This document shows, piece by piece, positions 1 to 9,909 of a stretch of DNA of 54,619 nucleotides. The stretch is from Syntrophomonadaceae bacterium (GTDB lineage: Bacteria; Bacillota; Syntrophomonadia; Syntrophomonadales; Syntrophomonadaceae), in the NCBI GenBank assembly GCA_012718855.1, contig JAAYBS010000151.1:1-54619 (forward strand). Reading direction: 5' to 3'. Below the pieces are notes generated by a model that had not been told where the DNA came from, searched no databases, and saw only the letters and a list, made by a program, of their open reading frames with translations. A program made the position numbers and the translations under genes. Position 1 is the first letter of the stretch. Every line of letters starts with the position of its first letter.

Positions 1-213
1 AATTACTTCGGTTTCACTAACAGTAAAACCTGCCTCTTTCAGAATTTTATAAGCCCGTTCCGGATCATTAACAATAATCCTTAAGATTCCAAAATCCGAG
101 GTATCTGCTATGGATAGTGCCCTAATATTTATTCCTGCCTCGCCAAGAACTCTGGTAACGCTTGATAAACGACCTGCTTTGTTTTCTAAAAAAACTGAAA
201 TCTGTTTAGCCAT
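1..213 (-). CDS. ACT domain-containing protein; the N-terminal 71 codons are visible and the 3' end runs off the window start
   Basis: Not in the ORF track. The reverse complement reads ATG(213..211) [77 protein letters not shown] lies about 6 nt upstream, overlapping the paaK stop. This is the usual small ACT protein found downstream of paaK in anaerobes. Confidence 0.7.
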   Translation of the reverse strand, partial: MAKQISVFLENKAGRLSSVTRVLGEAGINIRALSIADTSDFGILRIIVNDPERAYKILKEAGFTVSETEVI

Positions 214-224
214 TCTGTTCCTCC

Positions 225-1526
225 TTATATGTTCCTGCGATCAATAACGCGTTTGGCTTTGCCTTCACTACGCTCAATTGATTTAGGTTCAACCAGACGA
301 ACCTTGACACTAACCCCCAATGCACTCTCGAGTTCTTTAGTAATTTTTGCCCCCAGTTCTTCCAATTTGCGTATTTCATCACTAAATACACTTTCAGATA
401 CTTCCACCTGAACCTCTAATTGATCCAGATTACCTTTACGGTCAACTACCAATAGATAATATGGCTCTACGCCGGGAATGTTAAGCAGTACATGTTCCAC
501 CATGGACGGGAATACATTGACTCCCCTGATAATGACCATATCATCTGAGCGACCTAGTACCTTTTCCATGCGCACATGTGTTCTTCCACATTCACAAACA
601 TTCTTATTTAATACAGTAAGATCCCGGGTACGGTAACGGATAATTGGCAAAGCTTCTTTTGTAATAGTAGTGATTACCAATTCTCCAAACGCACCCTCCG
701 GTAATACTTCACCAGTTTCGGGATCAATAATTTCAGCTATAAAATGATCTTCTGCTATATGCAACCCTTTTCTACAATAACATTCTATGGCAACCCCTGG
801 TCCAATAATCTCGCTAAGACCATATATATCAAATGCATTTATGCCTAACTTTTTTTCAATTTCCCGGCGCATATTCTCCGACCACGGTTCTGCTCCAAAA
901 ATACCTGCTTTTAGTTTTAAATCAGAGGATGATACCCCCATTTCCTCCATAACCTCATACATGAGCAACGCATATGATGGTGTACAGGTTAATACCGTAG
1001 TCCCAAAGTCCTGCATTAACATTATCTGCCTTTTGGTGTTACCCCCTGAAGTTGGTATTACAGAAGCACCCAGCTTTTCTGCCCCATAATGTACCCCTAA
1101 TCCACCAGTAAACAGTCCATAACCGTAAGCGTTCTGAATCACCGATAATCTGCTGGCACCAGCACTGGTTAAAGCTCTGGCCATAAGTTCAGCCCAAGTG
1201 TCAATGTCTTTTTTGGAATAGCCAACTACGGTAGGCTTACCCGTGGTACCGGAAGAAGAATGAACCCTGACCACCTCACTCATCGGTAATGCAAATAACC
1301 CAAATGGATAATTGTCCCGCAAATCATTTTTGGTGGTAAAGGGCAGTTTTTTTAAATCGTCCAGGGACTTTATGTCATCTGGCTTGATACCCGCTTCATC
1401 CATTTTTTGTTGATAGGCAGGTACAAATGCATATAACCTGAAAACCGTTTCTTTTAATCTTCTGAGCTGGAGTTTCTCCAAATCAGAACGAGACATGCAT
1501 TCTTTTTCCTTATCCCAGTAGCTCAT
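225..1526 (-). CDS. paaK: phenylacetate-CoA ligase (adenylate-forming enzyme)
   Basis: 433-aa ORF with the [11 protein letters not shown]-binding motif. Length and N-terminal sequence ([22 protein letters not shown]) are typical of PaaK. Confidence 0.85.
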   Translation of the reverse strand: MSYWDKEKECMSRSDLEKLQLRRLKETVFRLYAFVPAYQQKMDEAGIKPDDIKSLDDLKKLPFTTKNDLRDNYPFGLFALPMSEVVRVHSSSGTTGKPTVVGYSKKDIDTWAELMARALTSAGASRLSVIQNAYGYGLFTGGLGVHYGAEKLGASVIPTSGGNTKRQIMLMQDFGTTVLTCTPSYALLMYEVMEEMGVSSSDLKLKAGIFGAEPWSENMRREIEKKLGINAFDIYGLSEIIGPGVAIECYCRKGLHIAEDHFIAEIIDPETGEVLPEGAFGELVITTITKEALPIIRYRTRDLTVLNKNVCECGRTHVRMEKVLGRSDDMVIIRGVNVFPSMVEHVLLNIPGVEPYYLLVVDRKGNLDQLEVQVEVSESVFSDEIRKLEELGAKITKELESALGVSVKVRLVEPKSIERSEGKAKRVIDRRNI

Positions 1527-1806
1527 TTATTCTACCTCCCAGTACGTTTTTCCTGCATTAAATTAAAATAATTATACTCTTCGACATCATGCCAATATTT
1601 CACATAAATTGCTCTAAACCTGGTTGTTGAGACTCGTACTTTTCAACATTAGTAACATTATCCAAAAACTTGTATTCTCCTGCAAAATACTCAGATAAAA
1701 AAGATTGAGTCTTAAAGATAACAAAATGAAATATTATCGGGTGAATAAATTATGAGGGTTAAAGTGTAGTTTCCGGGAAGATTATAGCCGGGGCCAAGTT
1801 AGTATG

Positions 1807-2010
1807 AAAAAACCCCACCGAGCCGTGGTGCCGTAGTTTAAACCTGACTCAGCAGGTGGGTGCCCTCCCATGTATCTTTTGTTTCCTGGCTAAACAGGTA
1901 TACAGTCCACACACGGAGTCCGGGTTCCCTAGTTTTTGGTGTTGGCAAAAACATTCGGCTATTCTCACGAACACAGCAGGGATTTCCTGACTTAATTGTT
2001 TTTTGCTTGT
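1807..2010 (-). ncRNA. candidate small RNA or leader of about 200 nt downstream of aspS; class unassigned
   Basis: Minus-strand sigma-A-like promoter: TTGAAT (2045..2040), 17-nt spacer, TATTAT (2022..2017). A GC hairpin followed by a U6 tract lies at 1830..1807 (CCACG-GCU-CGGUGG, UUUUUU). The unit is relatively GC-rich in an AT-rich gap and has no credible ORF. Confidence 0.3.
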
Positions 2011-2090
2011 GCTTGAATAATATCACAATTATCGTAGTAATTCAAGAAATCCCGTCTGTCATAATACCCCAGTTTTCCCTCAAAAATCTT

Positions 2091-3851
2091 TTATTTTTCT
2101 CTTATCAGCAGTGAAAGTTCCCGAAGTTGTTTGGAACTAACCGGAGATGGTGCTTCCGTCATTGCACAGGAAGCGCTTTGAGTTTTCGGGAAAGCGATAA
2201 CATCACGGATACTATTTCTGCCTGCCATTATCATAATCAGCCGGTCTATTCCAAAAGCAATACCTCCATGTGGTGGAGTTCCATATTCAAAAGCTTCCAG
2301 CATATACCCAAATTTCTCTTTAGCTTCCTCCATAGTCATACCTACCAGAGCAAACATCTTTTCCTGCAAATCACGACGATGAATTCTTATGCTCCCCCCG
2401 CCAATCTCCGTACCATTCAAAACCAAATCATAAGCACGAGCTTTTACCATATCGGGATTGCTGTCCAGCAGAGGAATATCTTCCGGACGGGGTGAAGTAA
2501 ACATATGATGTACCGCTACATAGCGCTTTTCTTCTTCGTCATACTCCAGCAAGGGAAACTCAGTTAACCATACAAAAGAAAGTTCATTATTATCAATTAA
2601 ATTCATGCGTCGGGCTAATTCCAAGCGAATATTACCCAGAACTCTGGCTACGGTACTGACAGTATCAGCACTGAATAATAATAAGTCCCCCGGCTGGGCA
2701 TCCATGGTATGTAAAACGGCATTCATCTGATCACTGGTAAAGAACTTTGTAATTGGTGATCTTAATTCTTCCTCGGTTACAATTATCCAGGCTAATCCCC
2801 GGGCACCATTATCGGTTGCCAATTTGGTCAGCTCATCTATTTCCTTGCGCGTAAAACTGGCACAACCTTTAGCATTGATTCCCCGGACGACGCCACCGGA
2901 TTGTACTGCAGAAGAAAACACTTTAAATTCCACTTCCCTGACCAAATCAGTAAGTTCTACGATATCCAAATCAAAACGCAAATCGGGTTTATCCGAACCA
3001 TATCTGCTCATGGCTTCATCATAGGTTAAACGCTTGAAAGGAGTAGCAATTTTTTTACCGATACCCCGGTCAAATATTAAAGTCATCATCTCTTCTACCA
3101 GTTGGATAACATCTTCTTCATCAATAAAAGACATTTCCATATCCAACTGTGTAAACTCAGGTTGACGGTCAGCTCTTAAATCTTCATCACGAAAACAGCG
3201 AACTACCTGAAAATATTTTTCCATTCCCGCTACCATCAGAATTTGTTTAAATATCTGCGGTGACTGAGGCAGAGCAAAAAACTCCCCGGGATGAACCCGG
3301 CTGGGAACCAGATAATCTCTAGCCCCTTCGGGTGAGCTTTTCGTTAACATTGGAGTTTCTATTTCCAGAAATCCTTGGGAATCAAGATAATCACGCATAG
3401 TTTTAACTACACGATGGCGTAATATAAAGTTGTTTTTCATTTCTGGCCGACGTAAATCCAGATAACGATATTTAAGGCGCAAAATTTCATCCACTTCTAC
3501 ACCATCTTCAATATAAAAAGGAGGAGTCTTGGCCGGACTGAATACTTCCATCTGCTCAACATATACTTCAATTTTACCGGTAGCCAAATTAGGATTCTCA
3601 GTAGCTGCCGGTCTTTTTCTTACTATTCCGGAAACTGCTATTACATACTCGCTTCTAACCTGTTCTGCCAGATGAAAAGCCTCCCGGTTGACTTCCGGAC
3701 TGAATACTACCTGAATCAGACCGGAACGATCCCTCAGATCAATAAATATCAAGCCACCATGGTCCCGCCTGGTATCTACCCAGCCATTTAATACTACCTG
3801 TTGGCCCTCCTGCTCCAAAGTGAGTTCAGTGGCCATATACGTCCTTTTCAT
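2091..3851 (-). CDS. aspS: aspartate-tRNA ligase
   Basis: 586-aa ORF with class IIb synthetase motifs (FRDEDLRADRQPEFTQLD, GGGSIRIH) and full-length AspS architecture. Confidence 0.95.
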   Translation of the reverse strand: MKRTYMATELTLEQEGQQVVLNGWVDTRRDHGGLIFIDLRDRSGLIQVVFSPEVNREAFHLAEQVRSEYVIAVSGIVRKRPAATENPNLATGKIEVYVEQMEVFSPAKTPPFYIEDGVEVDEILRLKYRYLDLRRPEMKNNFILRHRVVKTMRDYLDSQGFLEIETPMLTKSSPEGARDYLVPSRVHPGEFFALPQSPQIFKQILMVAGMEKYFQVVRCFRDEDLRADRQPEFTQLDMEMSFIDEEDVIQLVEEMMTLIFDRGIGKKIATPFKRLTYDEAMSRYGSDKPDLRFDLDIVELTDLVREVEFKVFSSAVQSGGVVRGINAKGCASFTRKEIDELTKLATDNGARGLAWIIVTEEELRSPITKFFTSDQMNAVLHTMDAQPGDLLLFSADTVSTVARVLGNIRLELARRMNLIDNNELSFVWLTEFPLLEYDEEEKRYVAVHHMFTSPRPEDIPLLDSNPDMVKARAYDLVLNGTEIGGGSIRIHRRDLQEKMFALVGMTMEEAKEKFGYMLEAFEYGTPPHGGIAFGIDRLIMIMAGRNSIRDVIAFPKTQSASCAMTEAPSPVSSKQLRELSLLIREK

Positions 3852-3864
3852 ACCATTTTTCCTC

Positions 3865-5133
3865 CTAACAACTTGCCAATAATGTATTAATAAACTCGAC
3901 TGCCTGGGCTAAACCAACCTGATGTTGTTCTTTGTTACTCATATTACGTATGGTAACAAACCCGCCTTCTATTTCATCCTCACCTAATAACACCACCAAT
4001 GACGCATTCAACTTATCAGCGTGTTTCATCTGCGCACGGGCACTACGTGCGTTATAGTCCATTTCCGCACTTATACCTGCATCCCTGAGTTGTTTTACTA
4101 ATTTTACTGCCGGAGATAGATATTGCTCATTCATTGCCACTACAAAAACGATTTGATTCTGTACCAGACTAGGATTGATACCAGCCTGTTCCAAGGCTAA
4201 CAGGATACGCTCCATACCCATGGCAAAACCAATACCTGGTAGTTTTGGGCCCCCACAGGCTTCTACCAGACCATCATAGCGTCCTCCACCACCAATGGCA
4301 CTCTGAGCTCCAATCCCGGGGATGTGTACTTCAAAAGCTGTATTGGTATAATAATCCAAACCCCTTACCAATTTATCATCATGTTGAAAACTGATTTGGT
4401 TTTCCTGCAGATAATTTTTTACCTGCGCATAATGCTCATGACAATCCGGGCATAAGTAATCAAATAGGGTTGGGTGTCCCTCAATTGACTTCTGACATTC
4501 CGGCTGTTTGCAATCCAGTACCCTTAAAGGATTGTTCTGATAACGTACTTTACAATCATTGCAAAGCCTTTCCTGATGGGGAACAATATATTTTATAAGC
4601 TCCTGACGGTATGATTCCCGACAAATCGGACAACCGACTGAATTCAAGTGCAAATCGTATTCTTTCAAACCTGTCCGGGCAAGAATTTCCACCAGCAGCA
4701 TGATTACCTCGGCATCCAGATAGGGACTCCGGCTTCCAAAAGCCTCGACCCCAAATTGATGAAACTGCCGGTATCTGCCTTTTTGTGGCCGGTCATAACG
4801 AAACATAGGGCCAAAATAAAACCATTTAACCGGTAAAACCCCATTATAAAGATTATGTTCAATCAGGGCTCGTACACAACAGGCAGTTCCCTCCGGTCTA
4901 AGGGTCAGACTTCGGTCTGCTTTGTCAGTAAAAGTATACATTTCCTTGCTTACAATATCGGTACTGTCGCCTACCCCACGTTCAAACAATTCCGTATGTT
5001 CAAATATGGGAGTACGGATTTCCCGATATCCATACAATTCCGCCGCTTCCTTGATAATGTTTTCCAGGTACTGCCATCGGCGTGATTCTTCGGGAAGAAT
5101 ATCATATGTACCTCTGGGTGCTTTTGTGAGCAT
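3865..5133 (-). CDS. hisS: histidine-tRNA ligase
   Basis: 422-aa ORF with class IIa HisRS motifs (LRPEGTA, FRYDRPQKGRYRQFHQ, GGGRYD). GGAGG RBS upstream. Confidence 0.95.
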   Translation of the reverse strand: MLTKAPRGTYDILPEESRRWQYLENIIKEAAELYGYREIRTPIFEHTELFERGVGDSTDIVSKEMYTFTDKADRSLTLRPEGTACCVRALIEHNLYNGVLPVKWFYFGPMFRYDRPQKGRYRQFHQFGVEAFGSRSPYLDAEVIMLLVEILARTGLKEYDLHLNSVGCPICRESYRQELIKYIVPHQERLCNDCKVRYQNNPLRVLDCKQPECQKSIEGHPTLFDYLCPDCHEHYAQVKNYLQENQISFQHDDKLVRGLDYYTNTAFEVHIPGIGAQSAIGGGGRYDGLVEACGGPKLPGIGFAMGMERILLALEQAGINPSLVQNQIVFVVAMNEQYLSPAVKLVKQLRDAGISAEMDYNARSARAQMKHADKLNASLVVLLGEDEIEGGFVTIRNMSNKEQHQVGLAQAVEFINTLLASC

Positions 5134-5169
5134 AAAAAGGCCTCCAAGCCATATAATTCTGGGATAATT

Positions 5170-6678
5170 CTAATGTACGACCCCCAGGTTGTCAACTTTG
5201 TTGGCGATGATGCGTGTCAATGACTGCTGATATACTTCCGGGTTTTTGGGATTATAAAAAGAAGTAAGACTCCAATTACTGTAATTTACGTACTTGGAGG
5301 CAGCACCTGCTCCTAATCCAATAATTGTCTGGCGTTCCTCCATCATTTTAATATTGTAGTGACAAAAATTTCCCGGTAACGCGTAACCTACATTTTCAAG
5401 TGCCGCTTTCATATATTTTTGCCGGTATAGATAATAGGGTAAATAACCATGCTCAATCAGGTATTGGGAAATTTCCCTTATGCCATTCTCCACAATTTCA
5501 ATCTTGTCCTCCAGATTATCCTTACCTTCCGTCATTGCCATCGCTGAACCCCTTTTAAGTGCCAGTGTATGTACAGTAAGATTTTCAGGTTTTAATTTAA
5601 TGATTCTGGCAGCCGTATCATGATATTGTTCCGGGCCTTCACCGGGAAGTCCAATAATTATATCCATATTAATCTGCCTTATACCTGCATCTCTGGCCCA
5701 TTCAACCGCATTAATTATATCCCGATGGTCATGATTCCTGCCAATTAGTTTCAGCGTGTTATCCTGCATGGTTTGAGGATTAATGCAAACCCGGTTTACT
5801 CCAGCCCCGGCAAAAAACCTGAGCTCATCAACTGATAAAGTATCCGGTCTGCCTGCCTCAACAGTAATCTCTACTGTTGCTTCAGATATATACCAGTCAT
5901 AAAGAATTTCAAATAATTTTTGCTGATCTTCTAAAGTCAGAACGGTAGGGGTTCCACCACCAATATATATGGACTGGACCAACAAATTTCTTCTTTTCAG
6001 CAACTCCCCCACCGCAATCATTTCCTGCCATAGACAGGTCAGAAATGGTTTTACCTGAACGCTATAATCATTTAAAATTGCACCGGGAAATGAGCAATAA
6101 TAACAGCGGCTGGGGCAAAAGGGAATACCAATATAAACACTTACCAATCTCGCCGCCTTTTCTCCTGATAATAAAAAAGTTCTGTTATTATTCGCTACTT
6201 CACACATTAAAACTGATTTTTCATAGTTTACTTTATAATCATGACTCAATCGGTTAATTATTTCCTGATTATTTAACCCCCGATCATAAAACTGATGGAT
6301 CAACTTTACTGGCCTGACCCCGGTAAGAATACCGTAGGTACTCGGCTTTTTCCCATTCCAGGCACTAAGCAGGTCAAAAACCAGCCGGCGCGTATTACGA
6401 TTTATGTTTTTGCGGTTTTCAATCTGATCGTGGCTTAATTTATGATAACGACAGATCTTTACCAGCTTATTTGTGTCGGTTATACTGCCAGTTATTTTTA
6501 TACAGTTATTATCGTAAAAGTGATGAATGCTGATATTTAAATCCGGGTCTTCAATTGTATAAACCTGTATTTCTGCCAAAGGAAACGCCATTCGGATTAA
6601 TTCATGTGCATATTCATAAATAGATTCCGGTTTAAAATCAGTGGCTATTAACAATTTAAACCTCCATATATCGCGCAT
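5170..6678 (-). CDS. hemZ: radical SAM protein, HemN/HemZ-like coproporphyrinogen dehydrogenase family
   Basis: 502-aa ORF with the CxxxCxxC motif (FCPSRCYYCSF) and HemN-like length and order. The symbol is by family resemblance only. Confidence 0.7.
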   Translation of the reverse strand: MRDIWRFKLLIATDFKPESIYEYAHELIRMAFPLAEIQVYTIEDPDLNISIHHFYDNNCIKITGSITDTNKLVKICRYHKLSHDQIENRKNINRNTRRLVFDLLSAWNGKKPSTYGILTGVRPVKLIHQFYDRGLNNQEIINRLSHDYKVNYEKSVLMCEVANNNRTFLLSGEKAARLVSVYIGIPFCPSRCYYCSFPGAILNDYSVQVKPFLTCLWQEMIAVGELLKRRNLLVQSIYIGGGTPTVLTLEDQQKLFEILYDWYISEATVEITVEAGRPDTLSVDELRFFAGAGVNRVCINPQTMQDNTLKLIGRNHDHRDIINAVEWARDAGIRQINMDIIIGLPGEGPEQYHDTAARIIKLKPENLTVHTLALKRGSAMAMTEGKDNLEDKIEIVENGIREISQYLIEHGYLPYYLYRQKYMKAALENVGYALPGNFCHYNIKMMEERQTIIGLGAGAASKYVNYSNWSLTSFYNPKNPEVYQQSLTRIIANKVDNLGVVH

Positions 6679-7474
6679 AAGTTCCCAGACATATTATATC
6701 CAGACAATGCTCTGACAATTGCTTTAGTAAAGATGGTAATTCGTTAACCTGATCAGCATTATCTACCTCTACATAGAATCGATAATTCCCAGGAGTATCC
6801 CGTACAATTTTAGATTCAATTTTACTCAGGTTAAGATTACGGGCAGCAAATATTCCCAAAGCATTATATAAAGCACCGGGACGATCTTTAAGCGTAAATA
6901 TAATACTACATTTATCTCCTGGTAAATTGGTCGGTTCTCCTTTAGCTACCTCAATAAATCTGGTGTAATTATTTTCAATCTGAATATCACTGGCAATGAT
7001 ATGCAAACCGTAAAGCCTGGATGCTTCCTGATGCCCAATAGCTGCAGCCCGACGGCTTTCATTTTTTACTATTTGGGCAGCCCGGGCGGTACTGTCGGTA
7101 ATCTCAATTCTAACCCCGGGCAGGTTGTTTTTAATAAACTGATCACATTGTAATAACGCTACCGGTTGGGACACTACCAATTCAATGTCTTTTAAACTTA
7201 GATGGCGGGCAGTCATTAAATGCTGTTGAACCGCAATTTTTATTTCTCCGCAAATATGAAACTTCCCTGCTGCCAAACCATCAATAGTAAGGTTAATTAA
7301 TCCAGCCGTACTGTTTTCCAATGGAATTAAGACCCGTTTTGCTTCATCCCGATCAATTAAAGTGAATAATTGTTCAATTGTATCAACTGCTTTTAAATCA
7401 ACCTGGTCTCCCCAGTATAATCTGGCGGCAGCTTCACTGAATGTACCCCTTGGACCTAATATTGCATAACTCAA
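6656..7474 (-). CDS. pheA: prephenate dehydratase with C-terminal ACT domain
   Basis: 272-aa ORF with a PDT domain, the (N)YTRF motif and an ACT-like C-terminus. Overlaps aroF by 4 nt. Confidence 0.9.
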   Translation of the reverse strand: MSYAILGPRGTFSEAAARLYWGDQVDLKAVDTIEQLFTLIDRDEAKRVLIPLENSTAGLINLTIDGLAAGKFHICGEIKIAVQQHLMTARHLSLKDIELVVSQPVALLQCDQFIKNNLPGVRIEITDSTARAAQIVKNESRRAAAIGHQEASRLYGLHIIASDIQIENNYTRFIEVAKGEPTNLPGDKCSIIFTLKDRPGALYNALGIFAARNLNLSKIESKIVRDTPGNYRFYVEVDNADQVNELPSLLKQLSEHCLDIICLGTYARYMEV

Positions 7475-8313
7475 GATCTTATCCTCCTGCCAGTTGATAA
7501 AGCTATTGGCTCAATCTCACGCATTAACTGGCTGAAGCCCCGGGGAGTAAGCGATTGATCTCCATCAGACAGTGCTTTTTCCGGGTGGGGGTGCACTTCC
7601 ACCATTATTCCATCGGCACCAGCTGCAATGGCCGCTTTCGACATCGGTGTCACCAGGCTGCGAATGCCGGTTCCATGACTGGGGTCAACCAGAACCGGTA
7701 AGTGGCTTAATTCTTTAACCAGAGCTACTGCTGCCAGATCCAGGGTGTTTCTGGTCCAGGTTTCGGAAGTCCTTACACCTCGTTCACATAATATAACCTG
7801 TTCATTACCAGCATCCAATATATATTCGGCAGCCAATAACCATTCTTCAATGGTGGCAGCCATACCCCGCTTTAATATTACCGGACGTTCACACCTTCCC
7901 AGTTTTCGTAGTAAAGAGAAGTTATGCATGTTACGGGCTCCGATTTGAATAATATCAGCATGCTCACTGACCAGGGATATATCTTCACTATCCATTACTT
8001 CAGTAATAACCGCCATATTCATTTCCTCGCCAACTTTGGTCAGTATTTTCAAACCTTTCTCCCCTAATCCCTGGAAACTGTATGGTGAAGTTCGCGGCTT
8101 GAAAGCTCCGCCTCTTAACATGGAGGCGCCTGCTCCCCGCACTTTGAAGGCGGTTTCTTTGAATAAATCCTCACTCTCAACTGCACAAGGGCCAGCTACA
8201 ATAGCCAGTTGATCGGAACCTATAGCACATCCCTTAACTTTGATTATGGTATTAGTCTTGTCACCTTTTTTGACCAGCATACGGTTAGCCAGTTTATCTG
8301 TCAGGGTACTCAT
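7471..8313 (-). CDS. aroF: 3-deoxy-7-phosphoheptulonate (DAHP) synthase, type I-beta
   Basis: 280-aa ORF with AGPCAVES and other KDO8P/DAHP I-beta family motifs. First gene after the T-box leader. Confidence 0.85.
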   Translation of the reverse strand: MSTLTDKLANRMLVKKGDKTNTIIKVKGCAIGSDQLAIVAGPCAVESEDLFKETAFKVRGAGASMLRGGAFKPRTSPYSFQGLGEKGLKILTKVGEEMNMAVITEVMDSEDISLVSEHADIIQIGARNMHNFSLLRKLGRCERPVILKRGMAATIEEWLLAAEYILDAGNEQVILCERGVRTSETWTRNTLDLAAVALVKELSHLPVLVDPSHGTGIRSLVTPMSKAAIAAGADGIMVEVHPHPEKALSDGDQSLTPRGFSQLMREIEPIALSTGRRIRS

Positions 8314-8328
8314 AATTAAAACCTCCTT

Positions 8329-8369
8329 TAAAATAAAATAACCTCACATCCCATCAAGGGACGAGAGGT
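8329..8369 (-). terminator. second T-box terminator, just upstream of the aroF RBS
   Basis: ACCUCUCGUCCC-UUGAU-GGGAUGUGAGGU (12 positions, one mismatch, one G-U) followed by UAUUUUAUUUU. Confidence 0.7.
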
Positions 8370-8442
8370 CTTGAAAACTTCCCGCGGTACCACCCAAATT
8401 GGCTAATGCCCACTCATTAAGAATACAGGACTCCTGTAAAAC

Positions 8443-8473
8443 AAAAAACTTCTCACCCGTATGGGGCGAGAAG
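8443..8473 (-). terminator. first T-box terminator
   Basis: CUUCUCGCCCC-AUAC-GGGUGAGAAG followed by UUUUUU. Confidence 0.75.
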
Positions 8474-8773
8474 TGTTATACTCCCGCGGTACCACCCAAA
8501 TTGCCATAATATTGGCCCGCTTGTCAAAGGATACAGGTTTATCCGATATCCCCTTCCTGGTAACGGTGGAAGTTTCCGCCTCGACCTACTTTCCTTTAAA
8601 AGGTTTCAGCCGGGTGCTCCGAAGTGAACTTCAATCCGCTTCCTTATAGAGATGCTTGCAGCCGGTGGCATCCCCTCTCTGAATAACTTCACGAACCTAC
8701 TTTACTTCTTCACTGCATTTATTTTTATAAAGATAATTTATCATAACATATCAGGCTATGATTTGTAAAGCTT

Positions 8774-9394
8774 TTATAAAAAAGGATTATGCCTTCTCTC
8801 AAAACCAATAGTTGTAGCCGGTCCATGGCCAGGATAACATACCGTTTCATCATCATAGCAAAGCAATTTTTGTTTAATATTATCTATCAGTTGTTTGTGT
8901 GAACCTCCTGGAAAATCCGTTCTTCCAATGGAACCCTGAAATAAGGTGTCTCCCACAAAAATAATATCCCCGGTTTTCAAACATACTCCTCCGGCACTGT
9001 GACCTGGAGTATGTATGACTTCCAGTTCAACCGTATTGCCTATTTTAATCCGGTCACCCTCTTTAATAAACTCATCAGCTGGAGGACTGGTTACTTTACT
9101 TCCCATCAAAAAAGAAAAGTTTGAAACGGCGTTTACCAGCATTTTGGCGTCAGCTTCATGAATAAGAATTTTAGCTCCAGTGGCTTCCTTGACTCCACGA
9201 TTTCCGCCGATATGATCAATATGGCCATGGGTATTGATAATATATACTGCCTTTAGGCCATCTTCCTCTAAAACACTTACTATACCGCGGGCATTTCCTC
9301 CGGGATCAATAACTGCTACTTCTTTGGTTTCTTCACAGCCAACAATATAACAATTGACTCCCATGGTATTAATTTCTAAACCCTTAAGAATCAC
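8774..9394 (-). CDS. MBL-fold metallo-hydrolase (hydroxyacylglutathione hydrolase-like)
   Basis: 206-aa ORF with the HxHxDH motif (THGHIDHIGG). Confidence 0.8.
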   Translation of the reverse strand: MILKGLEINTMGVNCYIVGCEETKEVAVIDPGGNARGIVSVLEEDGLKAVYIINTHGHIDHIGGNRGVKEATGAKILIHEADAKMLVNAVSNFSFLMGSKVTSPPADEFIKEGDRIKIGNTVELEVIHTPGHSAGGVCLKTGDIIFVGDTLFQGSIGRTDFPGGSHKQLIDNIKQKLLCYDDETVCYPGHGPATTIGFERRHNPFL

Positions 9395-9408
9395 AACTTT
9401 ATCCTCCT

Positions 9409-9909
9409 TTAGAATATTTTCTCTGTATCCAGCAGGATGGTACAGGGACCGTCATTATTAATACCAACCAGCATATCTCCTCCAAATACACCAGTCTCAA
9501 CCTTGATCCCCTTATTATGCAGGTAATTAATACAGTAATCAAAAAGGGGTCCGGCCAGTTCCGGTACTTCGGCCTCAGTGAAACTGGGGCGTCTGCCTTT
9601 ACGAGCATCACCGTAAAGAGTAAACTGACTGATTAGTAAAATTTCTCCTTTAACATCCATTAATGAAAGATTCATTTTATCCTGACTATCATTAAATATG
9701 CGCAGATGTATTATTTTATCTAACAAATAACGAGCATCTTCCTCCGAGTCACCCCGTTTTATCCCCAACAGAACTACCAGTCCGGTATTAATTCTGCCAA
9801 TTATTTCTCCGTTTACGCTTACCGTACTATTATTGGTTTTTTGTATTACAGCGCGAACTTTACTCCCCCCTGACTTCTCCCGGAAGTACCCGGCGAACTT
9901 CCAGAACAT
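9409..9909 (-). CDS. dtd: D-aminoacyl-tRNA deacylase; start codon uncertain
   Basis: Dtd family sequence (SQFTLYGD, GRRPSF). The conserved N-terminus (V)RAVIQ aligns to a GTT codon right after the relA stop. The only canonical in-frame start is ATG 9909, which lies 17 codons upstream inside relA. Confidence 0.8.
   Translation of the reverse strand: MFWKFAGYFREKSGGSKVRAVIQKTNNSTVSVNGEIIGRINTGLVVLLGIKRGDSEEDARYLLDKIIHLRIFNDSQDKMNLSLMDVKGEILLISQFTLYGDARKGRRPSFTEAEVPELAGPLFDYCINYLHNKGIKVETGVFGGDMLVGINNDGPCTILLDTEKIF

Larger units (their letters stand above)
8329..8717 (-). promoter_or_regulatory. T-box riboswitch leader with a Phe (UUC) specifier and a second, Stem-I-less T-box/terminator copy
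   Basis: The minus-strand RNA has a Stem I base with a GA/K-turn-like UGCAGUGAAGAAGUAAAGUAGG, an AGAGAG box, and the specifier loop GAAG-UUC-A-CUUCGGAGCA (UUC = 8628..8626). The T-box sequence AAUUUGGGUGGUACCGCGGG occurs at 8502..8483 and again, identically, at 8400..8381. Each copy is followed by its own terminator. Confidence 0.8.

Noticed and set aside
1920-1932. The minus-strand CUAGGGAACCCGG resembles the 5' CUAGGGUUCCGG block of ykkC (guanidine/ppGpp/PRPP) riboswitches.
   Set aside because: The other conserved ykkC blocks (GGUCCGAGAG and ACACGG..GGGA..CCCGGGAG) are absent, and the expected P1a hairpin does not form.
9399-9611. A 70-aa minus-strand ORF overlaps the 3' half of dtd in another frame.
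   Set aside because: It is fully nested in dtd, has no motif support, and is probably a frame shadow.
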